DNA of 64,000 nt, from positions 64,073 through 128,072 of the forward strand of contig BLSG01000198.1 in NCBI GenBank assembly GCA_012862495.1, given 5' to 3'. Positions 36,801 to 48,563 of the stretch are shown piece after piece (position 1 is the first letter of the stretch; each line of letters opens with the position of its first letter). A model generated the notes under the pieces. That model was not told where the DNA came from. It saw nothing but the letters and a program-made list of their open reading frames with translations, and searched no databases. The DNA comes from Thraustochytrium aureum (taxonomy: Eukaryota). The position numbers were made by a program, and so were the translations under genes.

Positions 36801-37685
36801 GGGCTTGGCGCGAATCGTGGATCCAGCCCGCTGTGCAACGATGCTGTTCGTCAGACTGGGCCCGAAGAGTGTCTGACGTCACCGAGGCAACAGGAAAGAA
36901 GGCGCTCGACGCAACAGTCTCTGGGCTAAGCTTGGGCGAGTTCAAATCGCGCAAGATTATCGCAGATAAATTTTTCGCCTCAGCGCGATAGAGAAGAAAG
37001 TCGTCCCCGCAGAAGACCGGCTGCGAGCGCCGAATAGAAGCTACGGCCGCCCTTCCGCCTGCTGCGATTCCGGACCCCACGGCTTCTCTGGTGTTCAGCA
37101 CGTCGCTGCGCAGCGCAAACCGTTTGGCGAGGTCGATAACATGGAGAATGCTCGACTCACTGCCTGCCTCATCTACCCAAGCAAGGTATTTGGAGGTCGC
37201 GCTCGACGCGAGAGACTTGGGCGATCGCGTGTCAAAGGACACGAGTCGCCGCGACTCTGGGTACGGCTTTTGAAACAGCCGGAATTGGAAACAGTCTCGC
37301 GAAAGGACCTCGTCTCCCTCTCCCGTGCGGGACAGGAGGTGCTTCCGACACGTCAAAATCGCACGACACTTGGCCTGCTGGGTCGTACTTGTCGTGAAAT
37401 ATCTCGGACGCCTGCTCGGGCATGTCGATTGCAAACACCCGCCCAGTCCCCGAGGCAAGTGGTTCTGCGCAGACAGAGGCGTCTGTCGCCGACCACTGCA
37501 GGCACGAGTCGACGAAATAAATAGAGTCCCTTGTGAACACGATCTGACTGGTTCGAGCGAGGGGCTCCAAATCGATTCCCTGCCCGGTGAAGTTGGCTCG
37601 GGTTGCAAGCGTGCGCGGCTCAAGAGGGCTGATCAAGCTCCGCGTCCTGGAGATGTCCATCTCTCGAAACGAAACGCGTGTCGGG
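33838..37685 (-). CDS. 6TM potassium channel with large N-terminal ectodomain, TSP3-like repeats and an extra TM; 5' end in a gap, frameshift near 37300
   Basis: Pore WFVMVTVTTVGYGD, S4-like KGFRIIRLYRR, S2-S3 ENWYD, and DKDNDGVLDFVDEFP...DSDNDGYADETD immediately before a TM helix. Confidence 0.85.
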
Positions 37686-38498
37686 NNNNNNNNNNNNNNN
37701 NNNNNNNNNNNNNNNNNNNNNNNNNNNNNNNNNNNNNNNNNNNNNNNNNNNNNNNNNNNNNNNNNNNNNNNNNNNNNNNNNNNNNNNNNNNNNNNNNNNN
37801 NNNNNNNNNNNNNNNNNNNNNNNNNNNNNNNNNNNNNNNNNNNNNNNNNNNNNNNNNNNNNNNNNNNNNNNNNNNNNNNNNNNNNNNNNNNNNNNNNNNN
37901 NNNNNNNNNNNNNNNNNNNNNNNNNNNNNNNNNNNNNNNNNNNNNNNNNNNNNNNNNNNNNNNNNNNNNNNNNNNNNNNNNNNNNNNNNNNNNNNNNNNN
38001 NNNNNNNNNNNNNNNNNNNNNNNNNNNNNNNNNNNNNNNNNNNNNNNNNNNNNNNNNNNNNNNNNNNNNNNNNNNNNNNNNNNNNNNNNNNNNNNNNNNN
38101 NNNNNNNNNNNNNNNNNNNNNNNNNNNNNNNNNNNNNNNNNNNNNNNNNNNNNNNNNNNNNNNNNNNNNNNNCCTTGGCCAGGAGCCGACCCGCCCGGCG
38201 CAGGAGACCTGCCTTTGGCGAGGCTCGTCGAGCGCCCCGCGGGCGGTGCCTGCACGGTCCTATTCGTTCGGGCTCTGCGCGGCCGCAAGCACGAAGCGGG
38301 GCGGAAGGACTCGTGGCAAGTGCATTCGCATTTCTTTCTTACCGTTACGAGGACCCACTTCGGGTACGACTTAGTGCCTTCTCGAGGCCGAGGATGTCGG
38401 CGGCCGGCTCGCGCGGCCGGCGAAGGACGCTGGCTGCGGCGCCTGGCAGTGCTCTGCTTGCTTGCTTGTTTATTGGTTGAGCGGTCTGCTTGCTGTAG

Positions 38499-40885
38499 CT
38501 AGAGGCGCGCCTGGAGGGCCGCCTGGCGGCGGCGGAGCTCCAGCTTGGCGACCGTCTCGCGGTGTACCTCGTCCGGGCCGTCCATGAAGCGGACTGTTCG
38601 GGTGCGCGCAAACCAGGACGCCAATGGGAAGGCCTCGTGCAGCCCTGTTGCGCCGTGGACCTGGATGGCGCGGTCGATGACGTCGAGCGCCATGTTGGGG
38701 ACGACCACCTTGAGCATCGAGACGTACTTGCGCGCCTCTTTGGGGCCCAGCGTGTCCATGGCGTGCGCTGTGGCAAGAGTCAGGAGGCGCGCCTGGTCCA
38801 CGGCCATGCGGCAGTCCGCGATATCCTTCCGAATGGTCCCCATCTGCGAGAGCGTGCTGCCAAACGCCTTGCGCGACAGCGCGCGGTCCATGAGGAGCTC
38901 CAGCGAGCGCTCTGCAATCCCAATGGTCCGCATGCAGTGGTGAACGCGACCAGGACCGAGACGCACTTGGGCGATCTCGAAGCCCATGCCCTCCTCGGCC
39001 ACGAGGTTGGTCACAGGGATCTTGACGTTTTCGAACTCGACTTCAAAGTGGCCGTGCGGCGCGTCGTCGTAGCCGTAGATGGTCATAGGCTTGATGATCT
39101 TGACCCCCGGCGCGTCGCGGGGGATGATGACGACAGAGTGCTTTTTGTGCCGCGGGAGCTCTTGCGCGCCGCGGTGGTTCATGCTGGTGTTGCCGAGCAC
39201 AAGTAGCAAGCGCAGCCGAGGGTCGCCAGCGTTGCTAATCCAGTGCTTGCTCCCGTTGACCACATAGTGCGCCCCATCTGCGCTTCGCTGGATCGAGGTA
39301 GAGATGTTGACCGCGTCCGAGCTCGCCACGCCTGGCTCCGTCATCACGAACGCGGAGCGGATCTTTCCCTCTTTGAGCGGCTCGAGCCACTCGCGCTGCT
39401 GCGCCTCGTTGAAAAAGTGAAAGCCCACGTCCATGTTGCCAGTGTCCGGGAACTGCGCGTTGAACACCTCGGCGCACCACAGGTTGCGTCCCATAAGCTC
39501 GGCCATGCGCGCATACTCGGTGTGCGTGATCCCTGACCACTCTGGCCGAAAAAAGTTCCAGAGCCCCTCTGCCTTGGCCTTGGCTTTGAGCTCCTCGAGG
39601 ATCACCGGTACCTGCCAAGGGTTGCCCTGGGCCCGGAACGCGCGCATCTGCTCGTCAAACACGGCTTCGTTCGGATAGATGTGTTCGTCCATAAAGGCGG
39701 AGAGCCTGTCGAAGAGCNNNNNNNNNNNNNNNNNNNNNNNNNNNNNNNNNNNNNNNNNNNNNNNNNNNNNNNNNNNNNNNNNNNNNNNNNNNNNNNNNNN
39801 NNNNNNNNNNNNNNNNNNNNNNNNNNNNNNNNNNNNNNNNNNNNNNNNNNNNNNNNNNNNNNNNNNNNNNNNNNNNNNNNNNNNNNNNNNNNNNNNNNNN
39901 NNNNNNNNNNNNNNNNNNNNNNNNNNNNNNNNNNNNNNNNNNNNNNNNNNNNNNNNNNNNNNNNNNNNNNNNNNNNNNNNNNNNNNNNNNNNNNNNNNNN
40001 NNNNNNNNNNNNNNNNNNNNNNNNNNNNNNNNNNNNNNNNNNNNNNNNNNNNNNNNNNNNNNNNNNNNNNNNNNNNNNNNNNNNNNNNNNNTTGCTCTCC
40101 GGCGACCCGTCAAAGGCTTGGAAGCAGTACGCCAGGTCTGCGAGCGGGTCGCCGAGCGTCGCGATCTCCCAGTCGAGGACGGCCACGACGCGAGGCTCGG
40201 TCGGGTGGAAGATCAGATTGTCAATCTTGAAGTCGCCGTGGACGAGCGTGGTGCGCGTGGAGGTCGGCGCGTTCGCCTCTAGCCACTCCTTGAGGGCACG
40301 CATGACCGTGTCCGTGGCGTTCCCGGGCGGGTCCACGGCGCTCTGCTCGTAGTTGCGAAACCACGTGCGGACCTGCCTGAGCAAGTAATTCTGCTTGCGC
40401 TTTTCGGCGCTAGCCAGGTCGCCGAGCCCGATCGCGTCGGCGTCGAAGCTGTGGAGTCGCGCAAGGACCTCGACCATTGACCTGTACACCTCGGCGCGCT
40501 GGCCCTGCGGAACGCCTGGCAAGGACATGTCGGTGAAAACGCGCCCTTGGACAAACTTCATCACGTAGAACTCCTGGCCCATCACACTGGTGTCCTTGCA
40601 CAGCACGAGTGGCTCCGGGACGGGAAACCCTTGTTTGACTAGGGCGCTCATCACGCGAAACTCTCTGTCGACCTGGTGGGCGCCAGGCAGCAGCTTTCCA
40701 TCCGGCTTTTTGCGAACGACCCAAGCGTCTCGTGTGCCTTGCACCTTGAAAGTGGGGTTGGACTGTCCGGCCACGAACCGGGTCACCTCGCCGTGGAGCA
40801 CAGCCTCTTGCACATGTCCCAGCCCCTGCGCGCCGAGGTACGCCGCCAACTTGTCCCGCGGGAAATCTGGCCCGACCTGCTCCAT
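38499..40885 (-). CDS. ACAD11: ACAD10/11-like fusion: APH-type phosphotransferase + acyl-CoA dehydrogenase, peroxisomal; spans gap 39718-40091
   Basis: GQSNPTF, AHQVDREFRVM, HGDFKIDN, VLDWE; then MTEPGVASSDA, RLGPGRVHHCMR, DGPDEVH; C-terminal ARL (PTS1). Confidence 0.88.
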
Positions 40886-41423
40886 ATCTCGTGCACGGAC
40901 ACCGCACTTGGGAACAACAACAAGCGCCAAACCTGAGCCCTTCTCTTCGTCGTCAACCGTGTCTGCCAGCGTCGAGCACGATGCAAGTGCTCGCCAGCCG
41001 CTACTGCTGGTGCTGGTGCTACTGCTGGTGCTGGTGCTGCTCGAGTTGCTGTTCTGTTGTTGATGGGCTCTGCGTGCGGGTGTTGTGTGAGTCCGCCACT
41101 GCTGACATGGCGAGGACGATTGACAACAGAGTCTAGCTGTCCCTGTTGCCAGAGTCCGCTATCTTTTTGAGAGGGGTGGCGACCCGTTCGCTCCTCGAGG
41201 GCGCTGGCCGTGCGTGGGCGCTGCGGCTCCGGCTCGTTCGCTTTCTGATAGGATGGATGCGTTGCTGGCTGAGCTCTTGAGCTTTCTCCCAGGCTCGCTC
41301 GCTTACTTTGTCTACTCTACAGTTGGTTTGGTTGGAGCACGATGCCGCCGCACCGAATCGCTCCAGAGCAGGGTCACGCCAGGTCACGCCAGCTCGTTGC
41401 GGGCTTGTCGCGTGCATCGCCAT

Positions 41424-44400
41424 TCAGGAGATGGTGCAGTCGCTATCTCGTCGAGCTGTGGAAGTGCTGGAGCTTTCGCCGACGGAGCCGCGCTCTTCGT
41501 CTGAGGCGCCCTTCTCGTCATTCACGACTGGGCGCGCGCTCAAAGAGAGCCTGCGCGGCAGATCTGCATGCTCTTGCTCGGCGCGCTCAAGGGACTCGCG
41601 ACGGAGCGCGGAGAACGAGGCCGGGCGGCGACGCCCTCCAGACCGACGCCGCTCTTCGGTTTCAGCGGTAGCGCCAAAGTTGGCATAGTCTTGCTCCAAG
41701 CGGAGAATCTCAGACTTGCGCCGCGCTTCCTTCTCTGAGCGCGCCTCGGGAACCATCCGCCTGAAAAAGCACAATGTGGGCACGCCGCGGCTTTCGCAGA
41801 CACGGTCCACGACGTCGTCCCAGCAGAGGGGTATGAGGTCATCCGCCGCGTCCGTCGGCGCCGGTAGCGGCCCAGACGAAGCAAACTGTTCGCTGAGCCG
41901 CATGACCGGGCTCCGCTGCATCGGCGCCCATCGCGGCGAAGGCGCCCGGCTGAGAGGGGAGCGTGGCGGCGGCTGTTGCTGCGCAGGCTCGCGCGGGTTC
42001 GTAGAGACGCAATACCAATCGGACGATATCTTGTCCCCAGGCCCCGCGTGGCGAGCGTAGACCTCGAAGCGCGACTCCTCGTCCTGCGCGACCGTGGACA
42101 GAACAACCATTGCGCAGAGTTGGTACTGAGACTCTTGGGAGCGCCACATATTTGTATGCGCCCTCATTTCGCCGCGCAAGGCTTTCGCTGCCGAACGAAG
42201 CACAGGGCCCCATTCTGGGTCGTCCCCGTATGGTCCGAGGCCCTCCCGCACGGCCGTCCGCAGTCGGGGCTCCAACTCCTTCGGCACCGGCGCGAGGAAC
42301 ATGGCATTTCCCGCGATAAGCGCGGTCGTCTTGTGCATGGCCTCGAAAAGCAGCGCCGGCTCAGAGGCGAGCTCCAGCAGGTCTAGTGTCATGGTCCAGA
42401 AACTTGCACTTTGCGTGCGAGGCGTCCCGGGCGGGACGGCCCTGGCGCTGCCAGACGCCGTGCGTTTGTGTCCCGGGGTCGAGCTGGTTGCCGTGCTGCT
42501 TGCCCTGTCCAAGACAACCTCCGACGCAGACGAAGAGTGGTGGAAGACGGCGTCCAAGTCGAACGGGCAAATCAGACCGTGCATGAAGAGCTCGATCTCA
42601 GAGGTCCCAGGCACACTTAATATCTGGGACTGCTCCTGCAGGAGGCCAGCAGCTCCGGCTGCGTCATGCGCGCCGCTGCGAGTCCAGTCGAAAAACAGCG
42701 GGAAGATCATCGGCTTGCGAGTCAACGTGAACTGCTCTGCGTCCTTCGCACCGTGCTCAGCACGCGCTTTGGCGGAGCGCGCGCCCAAGATCTCATCATA
42801 GATTCGTTGCTGGACAAACTCGAAGGGCTGCGCCTGCAAAAGTTTTGCAAGCTCCGTGAGAAACGGTCAAGCTCGCCCTCGAAGCAAGAACGCTCCAGGT
42901 GAAGCTGCTCTGCGAAGCCAGCCATCTCGTCGGAGGTGTCAGCAAGCATTATGCCCTCCACGTCGTCCCTGTCTTTGGAACAAGCGCTACAGCCGTTCGC
43001 GTGCAGGTGGTCAAGGATTACGTCCTCGATGGACACGCCGCCTCCGCGCCGTAGCCCGCGAAAACGAACTGACGAAGCCGAGGAGCTGTGGCCTGAGGCC
43101 GAATCGCTGTTTTTGGCCGAGGGGAAGACGGCCACAGTTGCCATGCTCGGGAAAAGGCGAGCGGGAAACCTGCGCCGCCCTGTCGTCTCGTCGCACTGCC
43201 ACGCATGGCCGAGAGCGCTTTGCAAGCTTGCTGTCAACGCCGACAGGAAAGCCGACAACTGCCCGCTCAACGAGCGCGACAAACTCCGCCGTTCTTTGAC
43301 GCAGCGCTCGTCGCCTCGATTTGCCTGCACAAGGACGGCGAGCCAGGCTAGCACAAAGGCCCTGACGCACTGTGTTGGAAGAAAGCACTCGAGGTCGCCG
43401 AGCGCGAGCTCTGCAGCCGCCTCCTCTGCCAGCAGCGATCCCACAAGCCCATCGAGCGGCTTGTTCGAGCATGCTACGTGGACGTGGCGGTACGCCCCGG
43501 AGCGCAGGAGAAGAGGGGCTCTGCTCCGGAGCATGAAGAACCCGGGTCGAGGGCTCGGCACTTCGCCCTTCACATCACACTCCGGCATGCTTTGGAGCCA
43601 GCACTCTATGGCGCATTCCACCGCATCAGCAACAAGACTCTCGGCGCCGTGGCTCGTGCGAGCCGCTGGCAAAACGAATAGCAGCGAGTTGCGCGCCGCG
43701 AAACACTCGGTGTGCGCCAGCGACTCGGGCAGAAGCCGGTGCAAGCGCGCTTCCACAGTGCCCGGGCCGGCCTGCTGCAGCGCCAAATACCTATACGCGG
43801 GGACGTGGTGAACAAAGTGCTCTGTCGTGCGCTTTTCGCCTGTCAAGGCGTCGCTGTGCTGGGTGGTAAAGGAAAACAGGTCGGAGACGCACGTGCTTGT
43901 GACTCCGCGCCGCTGCGCGCCATCGGAGGCACTGCGCTGATTGACAGCAAGGTGGCGATACAAGGTCTCGCGCAGGACCGAGTCGAAGAGCATTCCCACG
44001 TCGTTCTCGTAAAAGGCGAACGGCGAGGCCGCGTACAGCGCGCGCGTCAAGGACTGCACAGCAAAGCGCGTCGAAGAGCTTGCGACCTGCTGCTCCACTC
44101 CAAAGAAAAGCGCGCGGAGGGAGCCCGCGAGCGAGCCGGGGCTGTCGCACAGACGCGTTCCGAGCACATGCGCGCGAACGGGCGGCAAGGTCCAGAGAAC
44201 GTCAACGAGGCCTTTCACAAGGGTGAACCGCAACGCCTCTGCACCAAAGCCGGCGCAGCGTCGAAGGACGTCTCGCGTCAAGCCGACTTGTTCTTTGCGC
44301 GGATGAGCAGGAGGTGCTCTGGGACCTCGCTGGGGCCGCCAGCCACGCCGCTCGTGTCGCCTCTGACTGCGCTAGCCGGAGAACGAATCGGCTCCCCTGG

Positions 44401-45936
44401 CGAGCGTAGCTCGAGCTGTCGAGTGAATGCTTGTGTGCCGTGCCCGATGGGCGAAAAGGCCAGAGGCGGCGGCAAAGGGAGGTGCTCTGGCTGCGGCGCT
44501 GCAGGGCGGCGAAACACGAAGAAACGCAACCTATTCCCCAGAGCGCCGTCAATCTGGCGTGCTACTTGCGACCGCATGCAAAAGATCGGGAAGAAAACAC
44601 GCTCCAGGACGCGCAGTAGCTCCTCCTCTGAGTAGAAGGCCATGACCGCGGCTGTTTCGTGCGAAAACCCCGTCCCCGAGCGCACGGCAGGGTCAAACAT
44701 GATCCGAGCGGGCCGCTTGTTCGTCGCGTGCACGAGCACGGTCTCTAGCCCACAGCTTAGAATTCCGCAGACCCCGCTTCCTTCGTTGCGGGCCACCTGG
44801 ACAGAGTGCAGCGTTGCAAGGATGTTGCGAAGGCTGCTCGAGGCGGCCGAGCGTTGACCGCTCTCGCTGGCTGCGCCATGCCCCGGGTACTCCTCAGGGT
44901 CGGCGCCATCGTCAAACTCGAGCAGGCTTTCCTCGCTCCGGGACAGCGGCACGCGCTCCAAGCCTGCAAAGTCCTCGAAAGAGCGGGAAAAGGGGTCGAA
45001 AAGTGCCTGACTCAGCGCCGAGGCGTACGCCTGGTGCCGAGAGTACCTCGCGCTCTTTTCCATGATCGAGTCCAGGACGTCCTGGTCAATTCTTTCAGGA
45101 TTGGACAGCAAAAGCTCTGCTACGTGGAGGCACGCCGCGGCGCAGGCGTTGGCGTCCAAGACTGCGCTTGCGCTTCGCCGTCTTGCGGCAACAATCTCCG
45201 AAAAGAATCGAGCGGCGCGGCCAGTCACGAACGGCAACGTTTGCGTCGCCTCGGCCTGCAGTTTGATTCTGAAAGTCTTGCTCCTGCGCCGCATCCGGTC
45301 CGGGGACTTGAGCGACCCGTCCAGTACAACGACGTCGCCCGTGCGGGCCAGCGCGATAAACCCGCTGTGGAAGGCCAGCATGTGCGCTTCCAAGCTCGAA
45401 GCCTCTGCGAACGTCGCTTGGCACACGTCGCAAACGTACTCGTCGCAAACCAACTCATCGTCCTCATCGTCCTNNNNNNNNNNNNNNNNNNNNNNNNNNN
45501 NNNNNNNNNNNNNNNNNNNNNNNNNNNNNNNNNNNNNNNNNNNNNNNNNNNNNNNNNNNNNNNNNNNNNNNNNNNNNNNNNNNNNNNNNNNNNNNNNNNN
45601 NNNNNNNNNNNNNNNNNNNNNNNNNNNNNNNNNNNNNNNNNNNNNNNNNNNNNNNNNNNNNNNNNNNNNNNNNNNNNNNNNNNNNNNNNNNNNNNNNNNN
45701 NCGTACTCGTCGCAAACCAACTCATCGTCCTCATCGTCCTCGTCTGCGGCGTCGGCGCGCGACGCGGCCGGTCGAGTTGGCTCACTCTGCGCGCGGCTTC
45801 CGCCGCGGACGAGAACCCCGCCGCTGGCCGTTCGCGGCAGCGCCGGGGCAACTGCAGCGGCCGACTCTGCCCCGCTCGCCCACTTGACCGCGCGTCGCGG
45901 CGAGGCCGCGGCCTGCGCATCCCCGACGCCGGACAT
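41424..45936 (-). CDS. Large protein with C2H2 zinc finger and degenerate USP53/54-like peptidase domain; frameshifts near 44280 and 42840, spurious gap
   Basis: YVCDVCQATFAEASSLEAHMLAFH, GLVDVLWTLPPVR and YQLCAMVVL...WDDVVDRVCESRGVPTLCFF. Three abutting long ORFs on the same strand. Confidence 0.6.
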
Positions 45937-46109
45937 TGCGCGACCGACTGTTTGCCAAGCGCATCGGGGTCTGGCTGGGGCGCTCGCGCGAGCTGGCCGG
46001 CTGGCGGCAGTGGCGGAAGCGGGTGCAGCGTTGGAGGGAGGGAGCGGCGGCGCGCGAGGGAGGGCTTTGAACGGTTGTTGGGGGTGGGCGTCTTCGCTGC
46101 GCCGTTAGA

Positions 46110-47324
46110 ATGGGGCGGCGGGCCGTGTTGAGATGGACGGCGGCCGCGCTCCTCGTGCTCTTGGCGTCGCTGTTTGTGGCTGTTGAGTGGCACGCGTCGT
46201 ACCAGGTGCTGGTCGACCAGGAACGGATGGACGCTGACGAGGTCAAGCAGCGGCTGGCGCAGTGGGAGAAGGAGAGCAGCAAAGTAGAGCCGCTCAAGGA
46301 GGACGACATAGTCGAGGTCTTTTATGCCGAGCATCTGCTTGCGTCGTGGATTCTGCAGGCCAGTCCCTGGAACGCATTTCACTCTGGGCTCGTGGTTCAA
46401 GCAAAGGACGCCACGACCAAGGCGGTCAAGACGGAGTACACGTTCGAGTTTACGCCGACATTCACTGACACGGTCGCCTATGTGCTGCATCCGCTAATCG
46501 ACCCCGTTTTCCCAGAGTGGATGCCGCACTGGGCGGGCGTGCTGTATGCGCGGGCAACGACGTCGTACAACCTAACTTGGCAAAACCACGGCGGGACGCG
46601 GTACCGCGTGGGGATCCCGACCAAGTTTACAAACTTTACGCACGTTGGAACGATTACTGGCAAGCAATTCAACGGGTTCCTTGCTTGGGTCAAGGAGTAC
46701 GACCAGACGCACAAGACCTTTGAGCCCGTGGAGATTGTGCTGAATGGCTCCAAGGTTGGCGGCCACGGGTCGTCCATGTGCCACGATTTATTCTACTACT
46801 CGCTCAACGCGCTTACGGAGCTTGGCTTCGCGCCCCAGCCAAAGGACCACATTTTCCGGGACCATATCATGGTCTTTGCAGAATCTTACGAGCGCGTCGA
46901 CGCGGACGACCCGGCAGTGCGCAAGGACATTGTTCGGTACTACCGAATGTTTATGACGTTCATGGAACTGATCAACCAGGAGTTCACCAACATACGCAAC
47001 TTGCTCGTGAGCGCAGACGCGGTCGAGGTGGTCCCGTATCTCTACCTTGGCGGCGAGTACTACCGCGTCAAGCTCGTTCCGCCGTACGTCAACTACTGCT
47101 ACCTCGCCGTGGCGATGCCCCCAAATCGCTCGTCGGTTTGGGATTCGGAGCACCTCTGCGCGCTGGAGCAAACGGTTGTGCCGCCGCGGGCCGAGAACTG
47201 GGCAGAGTGGCTGCGGCGCGTGCTCAACTCGCGAAACCTCCTGTACGTGACTGAGCAGGTCGTGGACGACGCGCGCGTGTGGACAGTTCTCCTTGCGACG
47301 TTTCTCGCGACGCTGGTTTTGTAG
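46110..47324 (+). CDS. CLN5: CLN5-like lysosomal protein (permuted papain-like His/Cys fold)
   Basis: AFHSGL (His), VGTITGKQFNGFLAWVKEYDQT, SSMCHDLFYYSLNALTELG (Cys) and GEYYRVKLVPPYV parallel CLN5 motifs. N-terminal signal anchor. Confidence 0.8.
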   Translation: MGRRAVLRWTAAALLVLLASLFVAVEWHASYQVLVDQERMDADEVKQRLAQWEKESSKVEPLKEDDIVEVFYAEHLLASWILQASPWNAFHSGLVVQAKDATTKAVKTEYTFEFTPTFTDTVAYVLHPLIDPVFPEWMPHWAGVLYARATTSYNLTWQNHGGTRYRVGIPTKFTNFTHVGTITGKQFNGFLAWVKEYDQTHKTFEPVEIVLNGSKVGGHGSSMCHDLFYYSLNALTELGFAPQPKDHIFRDHIMVFAESYERVDADDPAVRKDIVRYYRMFMTFMELINQEFTNIRNLLVSADAVEVVPYLYLGGEYYRVKLVPPYVNYCYLAVAMPPNRSSVWDSEHLCALEQTVVPPRAENWAEWLRRVLNSRNLLYVTEQVVDDARVWTVLLATFLATLVL

Positions 47325-47857
47325 GCGCCCCCCCGCCCCTCTCCGTCCNNNNNNNNNNNNNNNNNNNNNNNNNNNNNNNNNNNNNNNNNNNNNNNNNNNN
47401 NNNNNNNNNNNNNNNNNNNNNNNNNNNNNNNNNNNNNNNNNNNNNNNNNNNNNNNNNNNNNNNNNNNNNNNNNNNNNNNNNNNNNNNNNNNNNNNNNNNN
47501 NNNNNNNNNNNNNNNNNNNNNNNNNNNNNNNNNNNNNNNNNNNNNNNNNNNNNNNNNNNNNNNNNNNNNNNNNNNNNNNNNNNNNNNNNNNNNNNNNNNN
47601 NNNNNNNNNNNNNNNNNNNNNNNNNNNNNNNNNNNNNNNNNNNNNNNNNNNNNNNNNNNNNNNNNNNNNNNNNNNNNNNNNNNNNNNNNNNNNNAGGTTT
47701 TTTTTTCGAATCGGACTCGCGTACAGTCGGGAAGTTTGCGTTGGGATGGGAACGCAACACACAAACATCTTTGTTTTTGCAAGCCAGCCGACTGGCCGCA
47801 GCGTGAACTAGCTGGACAGGGCAGGGAATGAGAAACGCAAATGGCCGCTCGGCAGGG

Positions 47858-48563
47858 TTACAAGTTTGCGTGGGCAGGCCAATGTCGAACGTTGTGAAAG
47901 ACAGAGACTGCGCATGGCGAGCGCGGGTGCGCGTTAGGGCAGGGCGGGTGCGGGCCCCAGTCGCACTAGAACGCCACTTACCGTTCGATTCGTCAAAGTA
48001 GTTGATGTTGAGACTTTTGGCGAGCTTTTGGCCGAGCCGTCGAAGCATCTTGAGCTCAGTGGTGGGCCGGCGCGTGAGCACGTGGCGGTCGATCTTGACA
48101 CCATCCAAGACAAGCTCGTACTTGGGCAGCGCAGCGGCAGCTTTCGAGCGGCCGATCGTCTTTTTTTTGCTCAGCCGGATGTAGATGTTGTGGTAGTCCC
48201 CAGTCCCGCTTCGAGCGCCAACTACGAAAGAGTACGTCTTGCTGCCCTCGTCCAGAATGTAAATGCGCTCGTGGCGGTAGTTGAGAACAACCGCGCAGCT
48301 GTAGGTGAATACGACCATGAGGTACAGAAACATGACGCTGCCTGCGGCCCTGAAGATCAGCAGAGAAAGCAGGACCAGCCCGCTGCCCACGGCAACTAGC
48401 TCCCCCAAGAACCGCTCGCGGTAGGGGACGCGAAGCGTGAACACTGCGCCCATCGTCAGCAACCACCCTTTTCCGGGACCCGCGCGCCAGACCGCGCCTT
48501 ACCTCGAGACCTGTCTTCATAAGTGAGCCCAAGCTGGAACGGGTAAAACGGATTCTCAAGCAT
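47858..48563 (-). CDS. TMEM249: TMEM249 / CatSper-theta homolog; introns 48444-48502 and 47908-47981; true start may lie further upstream
   Basis: The spliced product contains ENPFYPF, VFTLRV, two TM helices, GDYHNIYIRL, YELVLDG and LGQKLAKSLNINYFDESN|VSVFHNVRHWP. Both introns are GTAAG...CAG and restore frame. Confidence 0.8.

Noticed and set aside
33838..37685. Channel as a CatSper pore subunit linked to TMEM249
   Set aside because: The TVGYGD filter is K+-selective, not the acidic TxDxW-type filter of CatSper.
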